Assembly (NCBI GenBank): GCA_036351155.1
Contig: JAZBOO010000075.1
Location: forward strand, 1 to 7,973
Length of the DNA: 7,973 bases
Source of the DNA: Candidatus Krumholzibacteriia bacterium
GTDB lineage: Bacteria; Krumholzibacteriota; Krumholzibacteriia; LZORAL124-64-63
Direction: 5' to 3'
Below the pieces are notes generated by a model. It worked only from the letters and a program-made list of their open reading frames with translations, did no database searches and was not told where the DNA came from. Below, in pieces: positions 1 through 7,115 of the stretch. How positions within the stretch are numbered: position 1 is the stretch's first letter; each line of letters starts with the position of its first letter. A program made the position numbers and the translations under genes.

Positions 1-1454
1 CGCGTGAAGCCGGTGACCCGCAGGTTCCAGGGACCGGTCAGGTACTCCGCCCCCAGATCCCAGGTCCAGCCCCGCTCGGCGTCCAGGTGGGCGTTGCCCT
101 GGTTGGCCGGATCTTCGTAATACAGTTCCGTGAAGGTGGGCAGCCGGTACACGGAGCCCGAGCTGGTCCGCAGCACAAGCCCCCTGGCCACCTCGGCAGA
201 AACCGCGGCCGACCCGGACACCCGGGAGGCAAAACCTGTCCTCCGGTCCACCCGGCTCCCCAGCTGCCAGCGCACCCGGCCGTGGTGCCCGTCAATCTCG
301 GCCGCCACCGAGGCCCGGCGACGCAGATGGTTACCCAGGGCCTCGCCCCAGACGCCGCCGCGCAGACCACGGCTTTCGATATCCTCGTAGCCGCCTTCCA
401 GACTGACCGACAGAGCATACCCCGAGCCGAGCCTGACCAGACCGCGCAGTTCGGCGCCCGCCTTCTGGGACTGGTGGTCGTTGGTGTAGGACTCAGGGTT
501 ATCGCGGAACAGGATAAACTCGTCCCGGTGCCGCCGGAAAAACACCCGCGGCTCCAGGGTCAGACGATCGGAAATGGTCCGATTGTAGCGCGCCGCGGCA
601 AAGAAGGTCCGGGTCTTCTCGAAGCTGTCGAAGGGCGCGTAGAAATCCTGGGCCCCGAACTGGCGATCAGCATAGCCGGCGAAGACATCGGCCTCGCCCC
701 GGTCGAACCTGTGGGTCAACCGGGCCGTGGTGCTGTAGGTGTCGGCATCGCTCTGGTTATCTTGTTCAACAGAATGACCATCGGTACGAAAACGCTCCCC
801 CGAGATTCTCACTCCGGTTTGCTGCCCCAGCGCCAGTCCCGCATTACCCCAGGTGCCCCAGGTCCCATTCTCACCGCCGTAGGCCGCGACTTCCGATCCG
901 GTCACCAGCGGATGCCCCGCCGTATCGGGCAAGGCCGGCCGGCGGCTGACCACGTTGATGGTGCCTCCGAAGGCCCCCGAGCCATAGAGGGTCGATCCGT
1001 GCCCCGGCAAAACTTCCAGGCGCTGAATGTCCTGTCGGCCCAGGGGCAAATCCATGAGGTGATGGCCCGTCTGGGGATCGCCCAGGTCAAAACCATCGAG
1101 CAGAACCTGTACCTGCTCGAAGCTGGAACCGCGGATGCTCACATCGCTCTGAACACCGTACTGCTGCCGCTGCCCCACCACCACACCGGGAACCGTCTGC
1201 AGCACCTCGGCCGCCGAACGGCCAGGCAGGCGGGCCAGGTCGGCCTCGTCCACCACTCCAACCGTGCGCACGATTCCCGGCAAAGCCGCCGTGACCCGGG
1301 TCCCCACGATTTCCACGATCTCCACCAGCCACAGGGTATCCCCCTCGACCACCACGAAATCGGCGGTGGCCGGGGGCTCCTGGGCCTGGGCCGGGGTGGT
1401 TCCGCCCAACAAGGCCAGGCAAGCCACGACCAGGGCTATTCTATTGTTCCACAT
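1..1454 (-). CDS. TonB-dependent outer-membrane receptor (plug + beta-barrel), 3'-truncated by the window edge
   Basis: Manual translation of the minus strand from the ATG at 1454 (GAGGA RBS upstream) is open to the window edge, about 484 codons. It has a signal peptide (MWNNRIALVVACLALLGGTTPAQA) and a TonB-box-like EIVEIVGTR. Plug motifs are LQTVPGV, SIRGSSFEQVQVLLDG and IQRLEVLPGHGSTLYGSGAFGGTINVVS. A barrel motif YRLPTFTELYYEDPANQGNAHLDAERGWTWDLG is present. It is absent from the ORF track because there is no stop in the window. Confidence 0.93.
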   Translation of the reverse strand, partial: MWNNRIALVVACLALLGGTTPAQAQEPPATADFVVVEGDTLWLVEIVEIVGTRVTAALPGIVRTVGVVDEADLARLPGRSAAEVLQTVPGVVVGQRQQYGVQSDVSIRGSSFEQVQVLLDGFDLGDPQTGHHLMDLPLGRQDIQRLEVLPGHGSTLYGSGAFGGTINVVSRRPALPDTAGHPLVTGSEVAAYGGENGTWGTWGNAGLALGQQTGVRISGERFRTDGHSVEQDNQSDADTYSTTARLTHRFDRGEADVFAGYADRQFGAQDFYAPFDSFEKTRTFFAAARYNRTISDRLTLEPRVFFRRHRDEFILFRDNPESYTNDHQSQKAGAELRGLVRLGSGYALSVSLEGGYEDIESRGLRGGVWGEALGNHLRRRASVAAEIDGHHGRVRWQLGSRVDRRTGFASRVSGSAAVSAEVARGLVLRTSSGSVYRLPTFTELYYEDPANQGNAHLDAERGWTWDLGAEYLTGPWNLRVTGFT

Positions 1455-1483
1455 GGGCGAATCCTCGATCAATCAGCCTCGAA

Positions 1484-2953
1484 TTACGCGGTCTTGGTTT
1501 TGGGCTTGGGCTTGGCGTTCCACAGACGCAGGGCCAGGGCAAACCCGATGGCCGCCACCGGAACCATCGCCAGAGGCCAGGCTTTCCAGTTGGCCGGGTC
1601 GGTGGCCGGACCGGTGATGTGGCCGGCGGCATCCAGCTGCACCTTGGGCAGGACGTTGCGGTAAGTGAGCGCCATGACCCCGGTGCCAAGATAGACAAAG
1701 CCATCGATGATACCCACCGCGATGCCTGCGTTCTTGCTGCCGCCGAAGTCCATGCTGGCCGTGCCGGAGAGCATGCCGTGCACACCGATGACAGCCATGG
1801 ACATGAAGACCACCAGCCAGCCCACGATGGGGCTCGTGTACAGGAAAATCAGTCCGATGGAGCCCACCAGCATGACACCGTACAAGAAACCGGCCACCGG
1901 GCCGCGCCGGGACTGGAACAGGTGGTCGCTGATGGTGCCGGCGAACACCCCACCGGTGATGCCGGCGATGCACAGCAGAAGACCCCAGTTGTCATAAACG
2001 AAGGCCGACTTGAGGCCCAGGATAGCGTCGGTCTGCTTGGCGAACGAGGTGTACTGCTGCATGATCGCCTGGCGCAGGAACCCGCTGCAGAACTCGACGC
2101 CGGCGATGGTCAGGATGATGGGGTTGGTGAGCATTTTCTTGAAAACCACCACGGCGCCCAGGCGAGGGCCCTCATCGCCGCTGGTGGCGTCACCCGTGTT
2201 GAAGTCCTCGAGCCCGGCCTCGGATGGGTGATTGCGCACCATGAAGAAATCCAGCAACCAGAAGATACTCAGCAGCAAGGCGGGCATGAAGAAAACCCAG
2301 ACCAGGCCCATGCCATCGAGAATCATGTGGCCCAGATCGAAGGCGAAATAGACCCCCAGGGAAATGAGGATACCAAAAATGGCCCCGAACACCCCGCGCT
2401 CACGCACATGGAACCAGGGCGCATTGACTTTGACGATGGCCACGGCCCCGAAGCTCTGAAAGTACATGTTGGCCGCGTAGAGCACCGAAAAAACGGCAAT
2501 GAAGTGAGCCGCCAGAAACTCGGAAAACGGACCATGGTGGAGCAGGGAAAGGCTGGACAGTCCCATCAGAACATTCATCACCAGCGCCCCCAGGGTGCCG
2601 GTGAGCATGGAGAAGCGCCCCCCCATACGGTCAGTCAGGGGTCCATTGATCAGAAAAGAGATGCCGTAGATGATCGTCCCCACCATGAAGATGGTGTTGA
2701 AGCCGGCGTTGCCCATCAGCGGGTCTCCACCGGGACCGGCCATCTCCTCGAAAGCGTACTGGCTGACCTTGAGGTTGTAGCGGCCCATGTACAGGAAGGC
2801 GTAGGTGAGGCCCAGAGGCAGCCAGTTCATGACGCGGCGTCGCAGGTAAGCCTTGCTGTGCCCCACGTCCACCGAAGGCAACCGATAGAAGACCAGCGCG
2901 ACCACGAGCAGTAAAAAAATCAGGGGCCAGAATTCCTTGAGCCAAAGAGGCAT
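1484..2953 (-). CDS. MFS transporter, organophosphate:phosphate antiporter (OPA; GlpT/UhpC-like) family
   Basis: About 12-13 hydrophobic segments, MFS motif A (GPLTDRMGGR; repeat GTISDHLFQSRRGP) and WFHVRERG. Arg residues in YMGRYNL and GFLRQA match the two substrate-binding arginines of GlpT. The start is placed at ATG 2953 (MPLWLKEFW, GGGAGAG RBS upstream) rather than 3049. Confidence 0.88.
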   Translation of the reverse strand: MPLWLKEFWPLIFLLLVVALVFYRLPSVDVGHSKAYLRRRVMNWLPLGLTYAFLYMGRYNLKVSQYAFEEMAGPGGDPLMGNAGFNTIFMVGTIIYGISFLINGPLTDRMGGRFSMLTGTLGALVMNVLMGLSSLSLLHHGPFSEFLAAHFIAVFSVLYAANMYFQSFGAVAIVKVNAPWFHVRERGVFGAIFGILISLGVYFAFDLGHMILDGMGLVWVFFMPALLLSIFWLLDFFMVRNHPSEAGLEDFNTGDATSGDEGPRLGAVVVFKKMLTNPIILTIAGVEFCSGFLRQAIMQQYTSFAKQTDAILGLKSAFVYDNWGLLLCIAGITGGVFAGTISDHLFQSRRGPVAGFLYGVMLVGSIGLIFLYTSPIVGWLVVFMSMAVIGVHGMLSGTASMDFGGSKNAGIAVGIIDGFVYLGTGVMALTYRNVLPKVQLDAAGHITGPATDPANWKAWPLAMVPVAAIGFALALRLWNAKPKPKTKTA

Positions 2954-3068
2954 GAGCACTCTCCCAATAGCGACCACGCAGGTCGGTTCAGCTGTGACGG
3001 ATCCGGACTGGGAAACATACGCCCTGACGGGACCTGTTTCCAGCCGCATTAGTTTTATTTACCTGGCC

Positions 3069-5408
3069 TTAACCCTGCCGGCGCACCACCACCAGGGTGA
3101 TATCATCGCTCTGGGCCACGCCCTGGGTATGCTGGCTCACCGCGTCCAGGATGGCCTCCTTGATGCCCACGGCGGGCAGGTGGCTGCTGCGGCGCACCAC
3201 CTCGATCAGCGGTTCCTCACCGAACATGGCCTCGGGATCGTCTTCCTCGGCCGAGGGGCCCACCGCCTCGGTGATGCCGTCGGTGTACATGACGATGATC
3301 TCGCCCGGCTCCAGGGTGATGGTCTCCTGCTTGTAAACCACTCCGCTGACCATTCCCAGCAAGAGACCGCCGGTTTTGAGCAGTTCGATGCTGCCATCGT
3401 TGCGCAGAACCAGGGGCGGATTGTGCCCCGCGTTGGTGCTGGTGAAGGTGCCGCTGGTCAGGTCCAGCAGGCCGTAGAAGAAGGTGGCGAACATGTGGGG
3501 ATCGGTGCTGCCCACGATCAGGTTGTTCACGCGGGTGACGATCTCCGCCACGCTGCTGGGGTGAATGACCTGGCCCTGCAGGCTGGCCTGCAGGTTGCTC
3601 ATCAACAGAGCCGCCGGCATACCCTTGCCCGACACATCGCCGATGGCCACGCCGAGGTGGCGATCGTCCTGCATCAGGAAGTCGAAGTAGTCGCCGCCGA
3701 TTTCCCGGCTGGGAATGCTGGCCCCGGTGACCTCGAAACCGGCCAGTTCGGGTTCTCCGGCAGGCAGTAAGCGCTCCTGAATTCCCCTGGCCGTTTCCAG
3801 CTCACGGGTCAGGCGCTCGTTGGCCAGAGCATCCTCGCGTCCCTGGCGGATGGATTTGGTCATCTCGTTGAAGCTATGGGCCAGGTCGCCCAGCTCATCA
3901 TCGTTGGGAATATCGATGACCGTGTCCAGATCACCTGCGGTCAGGGCCTTGGTGCCCCGGTCCAGCTTGTGGACGGCGGTCACAAACCCCTCGGTGATGC
4001 GGAGCCCGAACATGAAGGCGAAGATTTCCAGGATCAGGAACAGAGTGGCCACCACACCCAGACTGACCACCACCGCCACGTTGATGTTGTTTTCGCCCTC
4101 CAAGAACTCCTTGCGCAGATCCTGCCACCGCACCCGCAGGTTGATGAACACGGTGGTTTCCGAGACCCGGTCGCCACGCAAGTTGATGACCTCGAACATG
4201 CTGCTCCCGAAGAAGCGGAACTTGCCCCAGAAGGCCGGATCGTCACTGACGTCACGGTAGCTGATCTTCCGGCCGGGATAGCCGCGGCGCAGGGTTTCGG
4301 ACTCCCCCCTTGAATCGGAGGTCGGGTCCTCACCACTCCCGCCAAACGAGGTGATGTCCAGTCCCGCCGTCAGCACCTCGGACAGCTGCTCCAGCGGGGC
4401 CTGCCCAAGCAGCCAGCCCCGCGTGCGCGCACGGTCGGTGCCCGCATCTTGCCACTGCATCAGCCAGATTTCCTGGTCCACCAGAAACCACCCCGTGGTG
4501 TCGATGGGACTTTCCCGGAGCGTATCCTGTCGATTGACCCGGATCTCCGACGACAGAGCCTTGTCCAGCTGTCCGGCCCACCAGGGCGCCTCCAGGGTGG
4601 TGCTCAGGGGGGAAATGGGATTCCGGTCCAGGGGAATGACCCCCGCCGACCAGACGAAGGTGGTGTCGAAGGGCGCGCCGCTCAGATCGGCTCCGCGATG
4701 GGCCTCCTGGCGCCATCCTTCGAGGATGTTGCTGGCGCGCTGGGCGCGCGCGCCTCCCAGACCGGTGTAGAAAATCATCACGCCCATGACCAGCACCAGG
4801 ACCAGCGGCACGAAACCGATCAAGATGGCGCTGACCGCCAGCTTGGGCCTCAGCCGCAGGAAATGCAGCCGCATGTGAATGGCCAGGTGGAACAGCGACC
4901 AGAACCAGAACCCGACCAGCGACCAGAGCGACCATCCCCCCACGTGACGCAATACCGCCAGGAAGCCCGACTCAGGGGCTTCCAGGGCCCAGAAACGATG
5001 GCAGAAGACCACCAGCACCAGTGCCAGCAGGCCCAGGCCAAAGCCCACCGCGCGCCGGCGGTCCGAGATGTGCCGCCAAGACTGGTACTGGCGCATGGTC
5101 AGAAAAATATGGGACAGGGCGATGCCGAACCCCATCCCCACCGAGCCCTGGGTGACCACCAGGAGGAAGGTGCCCGCCAGGACCACCAGCCACAGCCAGC
5201 GGCCCCAGGTGTCGCTGAGCAGGAAGCGCAGAGCGGCCAGCCAGCTCAGGCCCAGCAGAACCGAAACGGTGACCTGGGTGAAGGCCGGGGTCAGCAGCTG
5301 CCGATCCAGATGCAGGAAGGTGACCAGGGCGGCCACCAGGATGAACAGCGCGTTGAGAATCACACAACGCCACAGGCGGCGTGCCAGGGGGGCGGGGGCA
5401 TTTTTCAA
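3069..5408 (-). CDS. Membrane-bound PP2C/SpoIIE (RsbU-like) serine phosphatase with N-terminal multi-TM region, extracytoplasmic domain and HAMP domain
   Basis: 779-aa ORF with PP2C motifs IGGDYFD, GDVSGKG, NAGHNPP, YTDGITE and DDIT. The HAMP signature is GDLDTVIDIPNDDELGDLAHSFNEMT. There are several N-terminal TM helices. The TTG start overlaps the upstream TGA stop, with AAGGAG upstream. Confidence 0.92.
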   Translation of the reverse strand: MKNAPAPLARRLWRCVILNALFILVAALVTFLHLDRQLLTPAFTQVTVSVLLGLSWLAALRFLLSDTWGRWLWLVVLAGTFLLVVTQGSVGMGFGIALSHIFLTMRQYQSWRHISDRRRAVGFGLGLLALVLVVFCHRFWALEAPESGFLAVLRHVGGWSLWSLVGFWFWSLFHLAIHMRLHFLRLRPKLAVSAILIGFVPLVLVLVMGVMIFYTGLGGARAQRASNILEGWRQEAHRGADLSGAPFDTTFVWSAGVIPLDRNPISPLSTTLEAPWWAGQLDKALSSEIRVNRQDTLRESPIDTTGWFLVDQEIWLMQWQDAGTDRARTRGWLLGQAPLEQLSEVLTAGLDITSFGGSGEDPTSDSRGESETLRRGYPGRKISYRDVSDDPAFWGKFRFFGSSMFEVINLRGDRVSETTVFINLRVRWQDLRKEFLEGENNINVAVVVSLGVVATLFLILEIFAFMFGLRITEGFVTAVHKLDRGTKALTAGDLDTVIDIPNDDELGDLAHSFNEMTKSIRQGREDALANERLTRELETARGIQERLLPAGEPELAGFEVTGASIPSREIGGDYFDFLMQDDRHLGVAIGDVSGKGMPAALLMSNLQASLQGQVIHPSSVAEIVTRVNNLIVGSTDPHMFATFFYGLLDLTSGTFTSTNAGHNPPLVLRNDGSIELLKTGGLLLGMVSGVVYKQETITLEPGEIIVMYTDGITEAVGPSAEEDDPEAMFGEEPLIEVVRRSSHLPAVGIKEAILDAVSQHTQGVAQSDDITLVVVRRQG

Positions 5409-6091
5409 CGGATTCCGTGCTCCTTCTTGTAGACGGCCCAGTTGTCCTTGAGGTGGCAGAAGGCGGCAAAATCCGGGGCAATCAGGAAGGGATTGTGTCG
5501 CCGCTCGTGCCCGATGGTGCTGCTGGGCATGGCGCCCTCGCCGCCGTAGTAGTCGTGACCGGGAAAGACGCCGGTGGCATCGGGAAGTTGCAGAATTTTC
5601 TGTAGCGAAGCGTGCTCCTGCTCCGCCGAGGAGCCGGCGAAATAGCTCCCGGTGCCTCCCACCTTCCCACAGAACAGCAGATCGCCGGTGACCAGCCGGC
5701 CATCAAAAAGATAGCAGAAATGGCCCGGCGAGTGGCCGGGTGTGGCCAGGGCCTTGACGGGAGTACGGCCCAGAAGGATTTCCTGCCCATCCTGGACCGC
5801 CTGGGCTCCGGGCACCTGGTCTTCGGCGCCGGCCCAGAGCTGGGCGCCGGTCAGCTTTTGCAAGGACTCGACACCCCCGATGTGGTCGCTGTGCCCATGG
5901 GTGATCAGGATGTGCTTGATGTCCATCCCCTGATCCATGGCAATCTCGGCCAGCTTTTCCGGGGCGAAGCCCGGGTCAACGGCCGCCGCTTCGCCGGAAT
6001 GCAAATCGCCCAGCAGGTAGCAGAAATTGCGATCGCCCCCCAGATGAATCTGGAAAAAGCGCGTTTCGCCCTGGCTGTGGTCGTTGATCAT
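5405..6091 (-). CDS. Metallo-beta-lactamase-fold hydrolase (glyoxalase II / hydroxyacylglutathione hydrolase-like)
   Basis: HxHxDH motif THGHSDH, plus TPGHSPGH, TGDLLF, PGHDY and STIGHERRHNPF. An AGAGAGGA RBS lies upstream of ATG 6091. Confidence 0.92.
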   Translation of the reverse strand: MINDHSQGETRFFQIHLGGDRNFCYLLGDLHSGEAAAVDPGFAPEKLAEIAMDQGMDIKHILITHGHSDHIGGVESLQKLTGAQLWAGAEDQVPGAQAVQDGQEILLGRTPVKALATPGHSPGHFCYLFDGRLVTGDLLFCGKVGGTGSYFAGSSAEQEHASLQKILQLPDATGVFPGHDYYGGEGAMPSSTIGHERRHNPFLIAPDFAAFCHLKDNWAVYKKEHGIR

Positions 6092-6246
6092 CGATGGATC
6101 CTCTCTACGTATGGTAAGGAAGCGTTCATGATAACCCTTTTTCCCGCGTTGCGTCTCCCCCTATTGCGGACTCCCATTTATTTCCTACCATTCTTATAGG
6201 ACTAAATGCGTCTTGTTTCCCTTCGCCCAAAATAAAGGACATGGTC
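6092..6246. promoter_or_regulatory. AT-rich divergent promoter region
   Basis: 155-bp intergenic region between divergent starts. A candidate + strand sigma70-like promoter is TTGCGG(6164-69)-N16-TACCAT(6186-91). Candidate minus-strand -10 boxes are TATCAT and TACCAT. Exact boxes are uncertain. Confidence 0.45.
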
Positions 6247-7083
6247 ATGAGAAAACCTCTTGTGCGCTTTTTCGCCCTTTCCATCGTCATGCTGATGATG
6301 GTCACCGGCCTGGCCCAGGCCGACCCCGGAGACGTGGGTACGCCTGCGGCCCCGTTCTCGCTCACCGCTCTTGGTGGAGGCACGGTCAGCCTGAGTGACT
6401 ACTCCGGCCAGGTGGTCGTGCTGTTCATCGTGGGCTATGGTTGAGGTTCCTGTATTGCTGCGGCCCCCGGTGCGGAGGCCATCGCGACTGCTCGAGCCGA
6501 TCAACCCCTGACCATGCTCGCCATCGACGCCTGGGGTGGAAATGAATCCCAGGGCCAGATCTTCATCAACAGCTCCGGCTGGGGCTTGCCCTTGTTGCTG
6601 GGCGGCCTGCAAGCGGGCTTCCTGGCCGACTACGACACCGGCTATGACTACTTCATCGTGGTCGACCACGAGGGCATCATCAGCTGGCGGGGCAGCCCCC
6701 AGACCCCCAACCACACCAACATGGCCAACGCGGTGGACAATGCCCTGGCCGCCATCAGCACCAGTGCGTCGCCCGAGGCCCCCCGCGCCCGGCACCAGCT
6801 CCTGGCCGGATATCCCAACCCCTTCAACCCCATGACCCGCATTCCCTACGAACTGGCCGAAAGCCAGGGCGGGGATGTGCCGGTGAAGCTGGAGATCCTG
6901 GACCTGCGCGGACGCGTGGTCAAGACCCTGGTGAACACCCGGCAGGCGACGGGCCAGCGTCACGAGGTGACCTGGGACGGCACCAGCAACGCCGGACGCA
7001 AGCTGCCCAGCGGCAGTTACATCAGCCAGCTGACCGTCGGTGGAGATGCGCCTCAGGCGCGGATTCTGACACTGGTAAAATAA
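6247..7083 (+). CDS. Probable exported selenoprotein (278 aa, Sec66): signal peptide + thioredoxin-fold redoxin/TlpA-like domain with UxxC + C-terminal FlgD-Ig/T9SS-type sorting-like domain
   Basis: ORFs 6241..6444 and 6514..7083 share a frame and are separated only by TGA 6442-6444. Read-through gives PAAPFSLTALGGGTVSLSDYSGQVVVLFIVGYG-U-GSC-IAAAP, placing the TGA at the first Cys of a redoxin CxxC. The protein also has FIVVDHEGII and a C-terminal YPNPFNP...WDGT...LPSGSY domain. The AAAGGA RBS spacing favours ATG 6247. Signal peptide is 6247-6321 (AQA|D). Confidence 0.88.
6445..6498 (+). promoter_or_regulatory. Putative bacterial SECIS element (Sec insertion hairpin) directly 3' of the UGA
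   Basis: The apical stem is GGCC(6462-65)/GGCC(6477-80), then a C.A mismatch, then CC/GG closing a GGUGC loop whose G lies about 25 nt from the UGA. The basal helix is GGUUC(6445-49)/GAGCC(6494-98), with imperfect pairing in between. Folded by eye. Confidence 0.7.
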
Positions 7084-7115
7084 TTGGTGAAATAAACTCG
7101 CCCATATTTCATCAA

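Noticed and set aside
87..1664. 525-aa + strand ORF
   Set aside because: It is the exact antisense-frame shadow of the TonB-dependent receptor and the end of the MFS gene, with no recognisable motifs. Such shadows are typical of high-GC DNA.
2954..3049. N-terminal extension of the MFS ORF to ATG 3049
   Set aside because: The extension does not look protein-like, and there is a good RBS in front of ATG 2953.
5360..5407. Sec read-through of the MBL gene's TGA stop
   Set aside because: The MBL domain is already complete, there is no redox motif context, another TGA follows within about 15 codons, and the overlap is explained by coupling to the next gene.
1619..5432. Long + strand ORFs 1619..2914, 2937..3770, 3876..4313 and 4449..5432
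   Set aside because: They are antisense shadows of the MFS and SpoIIE genes, which carry clear family motifs.
6442..6444. Genome-wide UGA reassignment (Trp or Gly; codes 4/25)
   Set aside because: TGA serves as an apparent true stop at 5405-5407 and 7169-7171, Trp is encoded by TGG throughout, and no other gene here has an internal TGA.
6202..6963. 253-aa minus-strand ORF
   Set aside because: It is an antisense shadow of the selenoprotein gene with no motifs.
6241..7083. Two separate genes (67 aa + 189 aa), or a nonsense pseudogene
   Set aside because: The stop is TGA exactly at the catalytic Cys position of a CxxC, followed by a SECIS-like hairpin. There is no other decay and no RBS at 6514. 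Sec recoding is more parsimonious, though not proven without sel genes.
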